Of a DNA stretch of 64,000 nucleotides, positions 41,744 through 52,504 are shown in pieces (position 1 is the stretch's first letter; every line of letters begins with the position of its first letter). The notes under the pieces are model-generated. The model made no database searches, had not been told where the DNA came from, and saw only the letters and a program-made list of their open reading frames with translations. Source of the stretch: an uncultured Acidobacteriota bacterium (lineage in GTDB: Bacteria; Acidobacteriota; Blastocatellia; RBC074). The DNA is taken from the NCBI GenBank assembly GCA_963796275.1, contig CAWCKY010000003.1, positions 448,001 to 512,000 of the forward strand. Reading direction: 5' to 3'. The translations under genes were made by a program, and so were the position numbers.

Positions 41744-44700
41744 GTGCGATACCAAAAATATTCCGCTCGCATAGTCATTGGAGTGGTGTTACTCACCTGT
41801 TTTGTTTGTTACGACCGTAGCTTGAGCGCTTCCTCTCTGGCGCAAGCAAACGAGACCGAAGCAATTCGCAGTCTGGTCGGGAGATTCTTCGATTTATATC
41901 AACAGAAGGAATTCGATAAATTGATCGCTTTTTGGCACGAGAAATCTCCTTTTCTGGGTAGGAACAAAAAGGCCCTGGAAGAAGAATTTGCTGCATATGA
42001 AAAGATCGATGTGAAGGGCTTTGGCATCCGACTGATGAGGATCGATGGTGATAAGGCGACAGTTAGAGTGACGGTGAATTTAGTGCTGACCAAGGCTAAG
42101 CTCCAAAACATGACAGAAAAGATTTGGAGGGAGGGCATTCTAAAGCAAAACCGTACAATCGAACTAGTCAATCAGAGCGGAAACTGGAAGGTCTGGAAGT
42201 TTGTCATCAGCGAGGAGGAATTGGCAGCTGCAATCATAGCAGCACAGACAGAGGAGGAGCGGAAGGCGTTGATGGAGAAAGAGCCGGAGTTGATTACTTC
42301 CGACCTTGCTTCTGCGCTCTATTCTCAGATTTTATTTGCCTTCGTCAACAACGAAGTCGATTACAAACGCTCGATCACGATCAATGAGCTCGCCTACAAG
42401 CTCGCTGAGCGGATCGGTGATCGATTGGTAATGGCATATGTCCTCATATATACAGGGTACAGCTATGGTTGGATAGGTATGCCGGAAAAATCTCCGGACC
42501 AGGCATTGGAGTACTTTCGAAGTAGTCTTAAAATAGGAGAAGAGCATGGATTTAAGGATGTTGTTCTCAGATCAGTTATCAACTCAGCCATTCTCCATCA
42601 GGGTCTTGGTGAGCTTACGCACGCTGAAGAATATTATCAGAGAGGTCTGAAGCTGCTCGAAGAAGTGGGATCCCAAGATGGGATAATCCAAGTGTTGAGT
42701 AACTTAGGAACCATTCATCAGGTAAAGGGTAATTACGCCACTGCCTTCGAACTATTCTTGAAAAGCCTGAAGATGTCCGAAAGCCAGCTTAAGTCCGGAG
42801 TGAGTTGGGGTCGTCGGTCTAATGTCCTTATAAATATTGCAGGTATTTTCACTGCCCAAGCAAATTTCGAGCAGGCTTTGGCTTATTACCAGATGGCGCT
42901 TGAGGCAGCAGAAAAAGGAATTATGTTAGGAGATATTGAGGCGAAGTCTGAGAAGTTTCATGTGTTGATGGGGATTGGCAATATATATTTGCAACAGGGC
43001 AACCATTCTTTAGCGATGGATTATTTTAAGAAAAGCCAGAAGCTGATAGACGAGTTCGTAGATCAACTACCCGGTTCTAAAGATAGCTACACTTCGATGA
43101 TCAAAAAGGAGATGGCAGATGTATTGGCAGCAGAACATAATCTAGCTCAAGCAATCGCCAATTATAAGGAAGCCCTACAATTGGCAGACAAGGCAGAGGA
43201 TAAAGTCATTATGACATATCAATTGCTGGGTCTAGGCGAAATGTATTTTTTGACAGGGGATTTTCGCGAGGCATTGTCATATTCGGAAAGAGCAAGCGAA
43301 GCTGCCGAAAAACTTGGCCAATACCCTTATATGAATAGTGCTTTGGTAGTAGCCGCGAAAGCCTATCAGAAGCTTGGCCAACAAGAAAAATCTCGTCAGG
43401 CATTAATAAGAGCTATCTATATCACCGAGGAGTTACTGGAGCACTCGACAGGTGACGAATTAGACCTGCAACGCTCTTTTGAACGCGCTGTGGCGCCATA
43501 CCAGGCGATGATTGATTTCGAGGTTGATCAAAAACGATTCATTGAAGCCTTCTCTTACGCTCAACGGACGAAAGGTCGGACACTTCTTGAATTATTGCAA
43601 AATGGCCGAGTTGACATCAAAGCTGCAAATCTATTCGAGCGCGAAAAGGAGCAACAACTAAACCGCAAGATCGTTTCCCTCAACCGCGAAATCACAGCTG
43701 AGAAACTCAAATCTAATCCGAATGAAAAACGTCTGGTCGACGTCGAAGAACAGCTGAAAAAGGCCCGTCTGGAGTTCGAGCGATTCCATACCACTCTTTA
43801 CGCCGCCCATCCTGACCTCAAAGTCCAACGCGGCGAGATTCGACCGGTCACCTTTGACGACGCGGCAGGTCTGATTCCCGATTCCCAGACCGCCATGATG
43901 GATTTCATCGTCACCGACGAGAATGTCCACCTCTTCGTCCTGAGCAAAGACGGGGCCGGCAAGCCGATCTTGAACACATACACATTTAAGATCGAGCGCA
44001 AATCGCTGGCCGAGAAAGTAGAGCGCTATCGCCGCCGAATGGAGAACAGAGACTACGATTTTCAGGCGCTCTCCCAGGAACTCTATGGTTTGCTGATCAA
44101 ACCGGCACACAAGCAACTGCAGGGGAAAACCAATCTCATCATCTCTCCAGATAGCGTGCTGTGGGACTTGCCATTCCAGACTTTGATGTCACCGGAGCTG
44201 CGCTATCTGATCGAGGACGCCGCTATCTCATATACACCGTCACTTTCGGTGCTGAGAGAGATGCAACTGGCAGGCAACAAGAAACAGGCGCGGGCCAAAT
44301 CATCATTGCTGGCGCTGGGCAATCCGGCGCTGGGTAATCGGAGTAAGGAATTGGTTAAGTTTGTGAAGATGGATGCGGAGCTGCAGCCATTGCCGGAGGC
44401 GGCGGCACAGGTGCGCGCATTGGAGGGCCTGTACGGCAAGACGCGCAGCAGAGTGCTGACCGGTGCGGCGGCGCGCGAGGAACTGGTAAAGGAGCAATCG
44501 GGTCAATACCACATTGTGCACCTGGCGACGCACGGGATTCTGAACGACGTCAGCCCGATGTACTCGCACGTGATGTTGTCGCAGACGGCTGGGAAGAGCG
44601 AGGAAGACGGATTGCTGGAGGCCTGGGAGATGATGAATCTGGATTTGAACGCGGACCTGGTTGTGCTGGCAGGATGCGAGACGGCGCGCGGGCGAGTGGG

Positions 44701-44971
44701 AGCTGGGGAAGGGGTGATCGGGATGACGTGGGCGTTATTCGTGGCGGGATGCCCGAGGACGGTGGTCAGTCAATGGAAGGTGGAGGCATCGAGCACGACC
44801 GATTTGATGGTCGAGTTCCACAAGAAATTCAAGACGAGGTACGGCGATCCGCAACGGTCTGTCAGCACCGCGGAATCGATGAGACAGGCGGCATTGAGGG
44901 TAATGAGGAACCCGGAATATGTGCATCCATTCTATTGGGGCGGATTTGTCGTAATCGGGGATGGAAACTAA
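41744..44971 (+). CDS. Signal peptide - NTF2-like - TPR - CHAT (caspase-like protease) protein, copy 1
   Basis: GGAGG before GTG 41744; TPR array; CHAT motifs LIISPDSVLWDLPF, HLATHG, LAGCETARG, SQWKV, HPFYWGGF. Confidence 0.9.
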   Translation: MRYQKYSARIVIGVVLLTCFVCYDRSLSASSLAQANETEAIRSLVGRFFDLYQQKEFDKLIAFWHEKSPFLGRNKKALEEEFAAYEKIDVKGFGIRLMRIDGDKATVRVTVNLVLTKAKLQNMTEKIWREGILKQNRTIELVNQSGNWKVWKFVISEEELAAAIIAAQTEEERKALMEKEPELITSDLASALYSQILFAFVNNEVDYKRSITINELAYKLAERIGDRLVMAYVLIYTGYSYGWIGMPEKSPDQALEYFRSSLKIGEEHGFKDVVLRSVINSAILHQGLGELTHAEEYYQRGLKLLEEVGSQDGIIQVLSNLGTIHQVKGNYATAFELFLKSLKMSESQLKSGVSWGRRSNVLINIAGIFTAQANFEQALAYYQMALEAAEKGIMLGDIEAKSEKFHVLMGIGNIYLQQGNHSLAMDYFKKSQKLIDEFVDQLPGSKDSYTSMIKKEMADVLAAEHNLAQAIANYKEALQLADKAEDKVIMTYQLLGLGEMYFLTGDFREALSYSERASEAAEKLGQYPYMNSALVVAAKAYQKLGQQEKSRQALIRAIYITEELLEHSTGDELDLQRSFERAVAPYQAMIDFEVDQKRFIEAFSYAQRTKGRTLLELLQNGRVDIKAANLFEREKEQQLNRKIVSLNREITAEKLKSNPNEKRLVDVEEQLKKARLEFERFHTTLYAAHPDLKVQRGEIRPVTFDDAAGLIPDSQTAMMDFIVTDENVHLFVLSKDGAGKPILNTYTFKIERKSLAEKVERYRRRMENRDYDFQALSQELYGLLIKPAHKQLQGKTNLIISPDSVLWDLPFQTLMSPELRYLIEDAAISYTPSLSVLREMQLAGNKKQARAKSSLLALGNPALGNRSKELVKFVKMDAELQPLPEAAAQVRALEGLYGKTRSRVLTGAAAREELVKEQSGQYHIVHLATHGILNDVSPMYSHVMLSQTAGKSEEDGLLEAWEMMNLDLNADLVVLAGCETARGRVGAGEGVIGMTWALFVAGCPRTVVSQWKVEASSTTDLMVEFHKKFKTRYGDPQRSVSTAESMRQAALRVMRNPEYVHPFYWGGFVVIGDGN

Positions 44972-47900
44972 TCGATGAGAAAAGTAAGGCGAGAAAATCG
45001 TATGATTACACATTGCTTTACGATTGCATAAATTTTTACCATCGGTGATCACAATAGCAGTTCAGACCAGATTACGGTCAATGAAATTACGCTTGAAAAA
45101 GGCATAATTGTCAAAGCTATAAACGTCGCACTCTCGGGGGCCGCTCAGAGGCGATTGATAACATGCAACTCAGATAATTGAGCTTGCATAATCTTTGTTC
45201 ATTACAATCGAAAGAGGCTTTATGCGTTTCCTCAGATACCTTTCACCTCCTGCCTTCGGCATGCTGCCAATAATCTGCCTTGTATTGAACGGTTATGTCT
45301 TGGGTTTAACGCCGCTGACGCAATCGAGCGATTCCGATGCTATCCGAGTTTTAGTACAGCGACTCTTCGAATCTTATCAGCAGAAAGATCTCGAGAGATT
45401 GCTTTCCTTCTGGGGCGAGAAATCTCCATTTCTGGCCGAGAATAAAAAAGCCCTGCAAGGTGAACTCGCCGCGTATGAGAAGATTTCTGTGAAAGGTTTC
45501 GACATCCGCGACACGAAGATAGATGGCGAGAAGGCTACGCTGAGAGTGTTGGTTGAGGCCGCGGTCACCAGGGCTTACATGGTAAAACCCATTGAAAAGA
45601 TAGAGAAGAAGAGCAAGACGATCGATCTGGTCAAGGAGGGGGGAATCTGGAAGGTCTGGAGATTCACGGCAAGCGAAGAAGAATTGGCTGCTGTTATCGT
45701 TGCCACGAAGACAGAGGATGAACGAAAGGCCTCGATGGCCAAAGAACCGGAGTTGATGACGTCCGACCTTGCTAATGCACTCGCTCGTCAAAGTACATCC
45801 GACCCGGTCTATAAAATGGGCTATCAACATGCGCTTGCGATGAATCAGCTCGCATACGAAATCGCCAGGCAGGTCGGCGATCAATTTGCTATGGCAAACG
45901 CATTGTTGGGCGCTGGATACATTTATGGCTGGCTTGGGACACCGAAAAGATCGGCGGAATTGGCCCTGGAGAGTTTCCAAAAGAGTCTGAATATAGGAGA
46001 AGAGTATGGATTTAAGGAGATCATGGCCAAATCCCTGATCCGCTCTGGCGTTGTCTATACCGTCACAACAGGCGAGTATGCGAAAGCCGAAGAATGTTAT
46101 CAGAAAGGTCTCAAGCTGGCTGAGGAATTGAAAGATCAAGAGCTGTTATTCCTGGCCATGAATAACATGGGCGTCATCCATCGGGAACAAGGCAATTACG
46201 TGAAAGCGCTTGAGCTTTGGTTGAAATGCCTGAAGATGAGTGAAAACCAGCTTGACTCGGGAGTAGATTGGTATCGAATGGCGAGGGCCCTGCAAAATAT
46301 CGGCGGTACTTTCAAAGTCCAACGCAATCATGAACAGGCTTTGGCTTATAACCAACGTGCAATTGAAGCTGCCAACAAAGCAGATACGATGGGAGATCCT
46401 AACGCTAAATTGGTTATAGGGACTGCGCTGGCAAGCATTGGCGATGTATATTTGGAGCAAGATAAAGATTCTTTAGCGATGGATCATTATCAGAAAGGCC
46501 TCAAGCTTGCGGATGAGTTTGTGAATCCGATACTGGTTGCTAAACCCATGTACGTTTTCACAATCAAAGTGCGAATCGGAAATGCCTTGGTTGCAAAAAA
46601 AGATATGGTTCAGGCAATCACAACTTTCCAGGAAGCACTCGAGCTGGCAGAAAAATCAAATAATAAAACTCAGATAGCATATCCTTTATTGCGTCTAAGC
46701 GACGTATATCTATTGCAGGGAGATTATCGCAAGGCATTGGGTTTTGCTGAACGAACTATTAGTGAAGCTCAACAAATCGGTTTCAAAACAAATGTTTTTC
46801 GAGCTCTAGTGATAGCGGCTAAAGCACATCAGAAGCTCGGCCAGCTTGAAAAAGCGTATCTGTCATTGGACAGTGCCATCGACCTTATTGAAGAGTTACA
46901 CAAGCAGTCGGCTGGCGGCGCACTCGACCGCCAGCGTTCCTTCGAAGACTCTGCGGCTCCATATCAAGCGATGATCGATCTCCAGGTTGATCAAAAGAGG
47001 TTCACCGAAGCATTTTCATATGCTCAACGAGCAAAAGGACGAATCCTCTTGGAGCTCTTGCAAAATGGGCGGGTCAATATTGATAAATCAGCTTCTGAAA
47101 CGGAGCGCGAGCGAGAACAGCATCTAGGCAAAAAGATTATTTCACTAAACCGCGAAGTCACGGGTGAGAAACTCAAATCTCAACCTGATGAAAAGCGTTT
47201 GGCCGAGTTTGAAGAGCAGTTGAAAAAGGCGCGTCTGGAGTTCGAGGCTTTCCAAACCACTCTCTACGCCGCCCATCCTGAGCTCAAAGTGCAGCGCGGC
47301 GAGATTCGATCGGTCTCCTTTGACGATGCATCGGGCCTCATTCCCGATACGAAGACCGCACTCCTGGATTTCATCGTCACAGACGAGAATGTCCACCTCT
47401 TCGTCCTGACCAAAAATGCCTCCGCTCAACCGATCTTAAACAACTACATCATCAAGATCGAACGCAAATCGCTGGTTGAGAAAGTAGAGCGCTATCGCCG
47501 CCGAATGGAGAACAGAGACTACGACTTCCAGGCGCTCTCCCAGGAACTCTATGGTTTGCTGATCAAACCGGCACACAAGCAACTGCAGGGGAAAACCAAT
47601 CTCATCATCTCTCCAGATAGCGTGCTGTGGGACTTGCCATTCCAGACTTTGATGTCACCGGAGCTGCGCTATCTGATCGAGGACGCCGCTATCTCATATA
47701 CACCGTCACTTTCGGTGCTGAGAGAGATGCAACTGGCAGGCAACAAGAAACAGGCGCGGGCCAAATCATCATTGCTGGCGCTGGGCAATCCGGCGCTGGG
47801 TAATCGGAGTAAGGAATTGGTTAAGTTTGTGAAGATGGATGCGGAGCTGCAGCCATTGCCGGAGGCGGCGGCACAGGTGCGCGCATTGGAGGGCCTGTAC

Positions 47901-48437
47901 GGCAAGACGCGCAGCAGAGTGCTGACCGGTGCGGCGGCGCGCGAGGAACTGGTAAAGGAGCAATCTGGTCAATACCGCATAGTGCACCTGGCGACGCACG
48001 GGATTCTGAACGACGTCAGTCCGATGTACTCGCACGTGATGTTGTCGCAGACGGCTGGGAAGAGCGAGGAAGACGGATTGCTGGAGGCCTGGGAGATGAT
48101 GAATCTGGATTTGAACGCGGACCTGGTTGTGCTGGCAGGATGCGAGACGGCGCGCGGGCGAGTGGGAGCTGGGGAAGGGGTGATCGGGATGACGTGGGCG
48201 CTATTCGTGGCGGGATGCCCGAGGACGGTGGTCAGTCAATGGAAGGTGGAGGCGTCGAGCACTACCGACTTGATGGTGGAGTTCCACAAGAAATTCAAGA
48301 CCAGGTACGGCGATCCACAACGGTCTGTTACCACCGCGGAATCGATGAGACAGGCGGCATTGAGGGTAATGAGGAACCCGGAATATGTGCATCCATTCTA
48401 CTGGGGCGGATTTGTTGTAATCGGGGATGGAAATTAA
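43988..48437 (+). repeat. ~1 kb near-identical direct repeat (43988-44971 and 47454-48437) encoding the CHAT domains
   Basis: Offset of 3466 bp; only three amino-acid differences seen from IERKSL to the C-terminus. Confidence 0.88.
45222..48437 (+). CDS. Signal peptide - NTF2-like - TPR - CHAT protein, copy 2
   Basis: Same architecture; intact His (HLATHG) and Cys (AGCET) dyad; C-terminal ~325 aa nearly identical to copy 1. Confidence 0.9.
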   Translation: MRFLRYLSPPAFGMLPIICLVLNGYVLGLTPLTQSSDSDAIRVLVQRLFESYQQKDLERLLSFWGEKSPFLAENKKALQGELAAYEKISVKGFDIRDTKIDGEKATLRVLVEAAVTRAYMVKPIEKIEKKSKTIDLVKEGGIWKVWRFTASEEELAAVIVATKTEDERKASMAKEPELMTSDLANALARQSTSDPVYKMGYQHALAMNQLAYEIARQVGDQFAMANALLGAGYIYGWLGTPKRSAELALESFQKSLNIGEEYGFKEIMAKSLIRSGVVYTVTTGEYAKAEECYQKGLKLAEELKDQELLFLAMNNMGVIHREQGNYVKALELWLKCLKMSENQLDSGVDWYRMARALQNIGGTFKVQRNHEQALAYNQRAIEAANKADTMGDPNAKLVIGTALASIGDVYLEQDKDSLAMDHYQKGLKLADEFVNPILVAKPMYVFTIKVRIGNALVAKKDMVQAITTFQEALELAEKSNNKTQIAYPLLRLSDVYLLQGDYRKALGFAERTISEAQQIGFKTNVFRALVIAAKAHQKLGQLEKAYLSLDSAIDLIEELHKQSAGGALDRQRSFEDSAAPYQAMIDLQVDQKRFTEAFSYAQRAKGRILLELLQNGRVNIDKSASETEREREQHLGKKIISLNREVTGEKLKSQPDEKRLAEFEEQLKKARLEFEAFQTTLYAAHPELKVQRGEIRSVSFDDASGLIPDTKTALLDFIVTDENVHLFVLTKNASAQPILNNYIIKIERKSLVEKVERYRRRMENRDYDFQALSQELYGLLIKPAHKQLQGKTNLIISPDSVLWDLPFQTLMSPELRYLIEDAAISYTPSLSVLREMQLAGNKKQARAKSSLLALGNPALGNRSKELVKFVKMDAELQPLPEAAAQVRALEGLYGKTRSRVLTGAAAREELVKEQSGQYRIVHLATHGILNDVSPMYSHVMLSQTAGKSEEDGLLEAWEMMNLDLNADLVVLAGCETARGRVGAGEGVIGMTWALFVAGCPRTVVSQWKVEASSTTDLMVEFHKKFKTRYGDPQRSVTTAESMRQAALRVMRNPEYVHPFYWGGFVVIGDGN

Positions 48438-48506
48438 CAGCGGCTGAAAGGCGGGATGACTTTCACATTGCTCGGGCTTGTATGTTCGCCTATACGGCAA
48501 ATATTG

Positions 48507-49856
48507 TTACTTCAGCCGCCCACTGGTTACACTCGTCAGCAACTGTTTAACGGTCGTCGAGCCCGGATTGGCTTCGAGCAGTGCGCGAAATTCCGCAGCA
48601 GCTTCATCAAATAGACCCATTCGAGCATAAATCACACCGAGCGTAAGGTGGGATTTAGCATAAGCCTCTTTGATCTTTTCCAGAGCATCCACTTCTGATT
48701 GACCCAGCACCCTGAATCGGGCTTCCCGAGCGTCCGGTGAGGGCGATATCATCTCGCGATTATCTCTGATGGCTCTTATCTGCCAGGAATAGCTTCGATC
48801 GCGCGCCAGCGGCGGAGAGGTCCATTCGTTTCCCGTCAGTGTCTTACTCGAGACGATCTCACGCAGATTGTTCCTATAGATCGTAACGGTATAGGCGGTT
48901 GCCCCGCTCACCCGTTTCCAGCGAAAAGTCGGCTGAGTCGTCGCTACAACTGACCCTACCGGGCTGATCGGGATGAATGACCTTTGTCCCCCTCGTTGAC
49001 CCATCAACCGTTTCTGTTCTCCCAGGAGATATGAGAGCTCCGCACTGGCGTTGACGCGTCCATTACGCAGTGCGTCTATAACGGCTGCCTGATGTTCCGA
49101 GGAAACATATCGTATGCCTTCCAGTTCCCCTCGATCATCAAGCGCAACTCGACCGCCCACATCGTTAAGGGCGATCAGGGATTTAGGAGAAATATTCGTA
49201 GACTTTAGCCCTAGAGCGCGATCCTGCAGCTCTCTATTATCCTTACTCAGTTGCTCCAATTGTGCTCGAAGGTCTGTTATTGCCGAGGCGTTATTAGTGA
49301 GAGAATCATTCTGCAGTTGAAGCTTTTTCACCTCGTCCTGCAACCCGCTAATTTTCTCCTGTGATAATATGACAAACCAGATCAATAGTGCTGCGGCAGC
49401 GCCCGTCGCGCCCACTTGAAACGGCATTCGATAAGATCGCCAGAGCACAGATAACTTCTCCCAGAATTGAGGCTGTGGCTCAGAAGCATAAACTTTTCCA
49501 AACGCCATATCCGTCTTGAACTTTCGCAGATCTCGGCAAACATCATCGCACTCCGAGCAGAGTTCCAGATGAACTCCGGCAATCCCGCGTTCGAGCTCGT
49601 CCAGTTCACTGTCGACATATGCCAGAAGCTGATCGAATGATAAATGTTCAAGCTCTTCGTTTTCAGCATGCTTGAGATCGGTCCGCGCGAAGTTGTATGT
49701 CGATGTGAGCAATGTCTTAGAATGGAATTTCCCGTAACACTCTTCACAGGTGGCGAGGTGCTCGTTAAGTACCAGTATTTGCGCCGGCGGCATCGATCGC
49801 CTCCGGTAGCTCGCGATATCTTCTTCTGTGTAGTGTTTAGTCAAGGTATCCCCCAA
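48507..49856 (-). CDS. Membrane-spanning anti-sigma factor with two zf-HC2 motifs, coiled coil, DUF928-like domain and C-terminal TPR
   Basis: HLATCEEC and HLELCSEC; TM AAAALLIWFVIL; heptad segment; PVGSVVATTQPTFRW..YSWQIRA; HLTLGVIYARMGLFDEAAAEF. The start may be TTG at 49844. Confidence 0.8.
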   Translation of the reverse strand: MGDTLTKHYTEEDIASYRRRSMPPAQILVLNEHLATCEECYGKFHSKTLLTSTYNFARTDLKHAENEELEHLSFDQLLAYVDSELDELERGIAGVHLELCSECDDVCRDLRKFKTDMAFGKVYASEPQPQFWEKLSVLWRSYRMPFQVGATGAAAALLIWFVILSQEKISGLQDEVKKLQLQNDSLTNNASAITDLRAQLEQLSKDNRELQDRALGLKSTNISPKSLIALNDVGGRVALDDRGELEGIRYVSSEHQAAVIDALRNGRVNASAELSYLLGEQKRLMGQRGGQRSFIPISPVGSVVATTQPTFRWKRVSGATAYTVTIYRNNLREIVSSKTLTGNEWTSPPLARDRSYSWQIRAIRDNREMISPSPDAREARFRVLGQSEVDALEKIKEAYAKSHLTLGVIYARMGLFDEAAAEFRALLEANPGSTTVKQLLTSVTSGRLK

Positions 49857-50044
49857 TTCCTACAATGGAATTACATAAATCATATATATTAAAGAGAGGG
49901 GTGGTAATGGATGGAAGCTTGATGAGGTCGCGATTATATACAATATTACTGAGAATGTTAAGCAATTTGTCTCCTCGACTTCAAAAAATTTGGGCATCTT
50001 ATCAACAATCGGATCCTCAATGAGATTGGACTTAAATAGTCTTA

Positions 50045-51184
50045 TCAAAAAGATCTGCTCAATTCTTTCATACGTTTAGCCAGAAGTTTCCTGGCAGAAA
50101 GTCGTAATCGCATGACCTTTCGCTTCGTCGTCCCCAGATGCATCGCTATTTTCATATCGTCCCACGGAAGATCGACCCAGATGGCGGCAAACTCTTCCGG
50201 AGGCAAGTTAAGGCACGCGGCGATTTCCACGATCGTGGCAATCCTCAAATCCGCCAATGAAATGATGAGCCCGCGGTCACCGGAATCTCTGTCTATCAGG
50301 TTCAGCAGTAGAGCAGTCCGATGCGGAAGCGGCAGTTTGCATATCTCCCTCCACAGAGTTTGCAGGTAGAGTCGTTGTTCAACTTCTAATTCCATGCTCG
50401 CCTTCTCGGTGGGAGGGGGGGCTTCCTGCAAAACAGCTGGGTCCGTGGTTACTAGTCCATTGAAAGAGTTGCGAATATCGATACCGCTCAACTCGGCGAC
50501 TATATTGATCAGCTGTGTGAACAGCACAGGCCTTCCTGCGGCATTGAAGATCAGCGCGAGCTGCTCGGCCATACTCTCTCGGTGATTTTTACCTGCTTTT
50601 AAATAAGACCGGACAAACTTTTCCGAACTCTCGTTCGATGTCATTACCGATAATTTCGAAAGCTGATCGCGCCAGATCGAAAATCCCCCCACCCATCCGA
50701 TCTTATCATCCTGCCAGAGCGCAAACTCCGTCTGTGTGTTCAGGATATAACGGATATGATCCTTTAACCGGCTATGCTGAAAATTTTGACGGCGCGAGAT
50801 TTCAGAACAAGTGTTATGTGCGATTACCGCGGCATAACTCAGAAAATCTTTTATGGCATGATCGATGTTGCCGTTCTTCAAGTCTTGCAATTTGGTCAGC
50901 AAACGAACGACTACCTCGCTATGCAAATCGTTAATTTGTTGGTCAGGCTTTCCTCCGTTCATTTTCGCGGACTGGGAACTGAGTCTATAGCCGATAATAT
51001 GCCTGACAACCGGATCGATACGCTCAGCGAAGAGTTGAGCCAATATCTGGCGGGATCGCTCGTCGTTCTCCTCCAGTAAGTAGGGGTGCAAGAGAACATC
51101 TATATCTGTGATTCCGCTCTGTCTGTCATCAATGTTCAGAGACATGCTTTCGAGTTTGGACCGAGATTGAGGTATGAAAGACAA
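50045..51184 (-). CDS. Enlarged ECF-like sigma factor (regions 2 and 4 separated by a long insertion)
   Basis: DLHSEVVVRLL..FLSYAAVIAHNTC (region 2); LWREICKLPLPHRTALLL..IAMHLGTTKRKVMRLRLSARKLL (region 4); upstream of the anti-sigma gene. Confidence 0.75.
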   Translation of the reverse strand: MSFIPQSRSKLESMSLNIDDRQSGITDIDVLLHPYLLEENDERSRQILAQLFAERIDPVVRHIIGYRLSSQSAKMNGGKPDQQINDLHSEVVVRLLTKLQDLKNGNIDHAIKDFLSYAAVIAHNTCSEISRRQNFQHSRLKDHIRYILNTQTEFALWQDDKIGWVGGFSIWRDQLSKLSVMTSNESSEKFVRSYLKAGKNHRESMAEQLALIFNAAGRPVLFTQLINIVAELSGIDIRNSFNGLVTTDPAVLQEAPPPTEKASMELEVEQRLYLQTLWREICKLPLPHRTALLLNLIDRDSGDRGLIISLADLRIATIVEIAACLNLPPEEFAAIWVDLPWDDMKIAMHLGTTKRKVMRLRLSARKLLAKRMKELSRSF

Positions 51185-51446
51185 ACATCTGATTTGTAGT
51201 AGTCTGGAACATCCACCTTCGCAAGTTTAAAGATATGCTATTATTTGCTGCCTATTGTATAAGTTGCAGCAATCAGATTTTTATTTTGGGGAATATTCAA
51301 AACGAAGCAATTGTATATCTTTCAACTACTTTGATCAAAGGTGTAAGCAATAACAAAGGGTTTCGATCCGCTTTCGGAATAGATAAATATCCTACTGAAG
51401 GCGATTTCACACAGAAAATGAAGGAGTCGATACTCCGCAAATCCAA

Positions 51447-52445
51447 ATGACAAATCCGCCTCTCGTCGAAATCAAAGACCTCAAAAAATATTTCCCGGCC
51501 TCCCACAGACAACTGGTTCGTGCGGTCGATGGGGTGACGTTCTCGATCGAGCGCGGCGAGACGATGGGGCTGGTCGGTGAATCCGGATGTGGCAAGACCA
51601 CCGTCGGACGCTGCATCTTGAGGTTGATCGAACCAACCGGCGGCGAGATCCGATTTGATGGGCGGGAGCTGGTGCACCTCGGGCGCGGCGAGTTGCGTGC
51701 ACTGCGCCGCCGGATGCAGATAATCTTTCAAGACCCGTATTCGTCGCTCAACCCCCGATTGACGGTCGGCGCGATCATCGGCGAGCCGCTCGTGATTCAC
51801 GGCGTGCGCGTCAGAAAGGCACGGCGCGAACGGGTGGCGGAGCTTATGCATGTCGTTGGGTTGGATCCTGCATATGCCAATCGCTACCCTCATCAATTCA
51901 GCGGCGGGCAGCGACAGCGCATCGGTATTGCGCGCGCTCTCGCACTGAATCCCGATTTCATCGTGGCCGATGAGCCCGTCTCTGCGCTCGATGTCTCCGT
52001 GCAGGCGCAGGTGGTGAACCTGCTGCAGGATCTGCAGGGAAAATTCGGACTGACATATCTCTTCATCTCGCACGGCCTGGCAGTCGTTAAACACGTTTCG
52101 ACGCACGTCGGCGTTATGTATCTCGGCAAGCTGGTCGAACTCGCGCCAGCCGAGGAAATATACGAGAACCCATTGCATCCGTATACAAAGGCTCTGCTCG
52201 AAGCAATTCCTGTCCCGGACCCGGACCACCCAAGAAATGAAAGGGTGAGAGGCTTACCTGGTGATGTGCCGAGCCCACTTGCCCCACCTGCGGGCTGCCG
52301 TTTTCACACACGCTGCCCCAAGGTTATGGAGCGGTGCAGGGTCGAAGAACCACCATATCGCGAGATCGCTCCCGGGCACTGGGCTGCGTGTTTTCTGCAC
52401 GAATCGGATGTACAATCGCAATCAGCCGTTAAGTCAATTCGCTAG
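51447..52445 (+). CDS. oppF: Oligopeptide/dipeptide ABC transporter ATP-binding subunit
   Basis: [57 protein letters not shown]. Confidence 0.92.
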   Translation: MTNPPLVEIKDLKKYFPASHRQLVRAVDGVTFSIERGETMGLVGESGCGKTTVGRCILRLIEPTGGEIRFDGRELVHLGRGELRALRRRMQIIFQDPYSSLNPRLTVGAIIGEPLVIHGVRVRKARRERVAELMHVVGLDPAYANRYPHQFSGGQRQRIGIARALALNPDFIVADEPVSALDVSVQAQVVNLLQDLQGKFGLTYLFISHGLAVVKHVSTHVGVMYLGKLVELAPAEEIYENPLHPYTKALLEAIPVPDPDHPRNERVRGLPGDVPSPLAPPAGCRFHTRCPKVMERCRVEEPPYREIAPGHWAACFLHESDVQSQSAVKSIR

Positions 52446-52504
52446 GCGCCATTTTTGCCTATGCATTGATTTCTCTCTCTATCTCTCACCAACCAGGAGG
52501 AACG

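Noticed and set aside
49860-50048. 62-aa ORF between the sigma and anti-sigma genes
   Set aside because: AT-rich with no recognisable features; its position is operon-like but I cannot support it as a gene.
41480-51460. CHAT island as an autonomous mobile element
   Set aside because: No integrase, transposase, tRNA target or clear flanking direct repeats were found.
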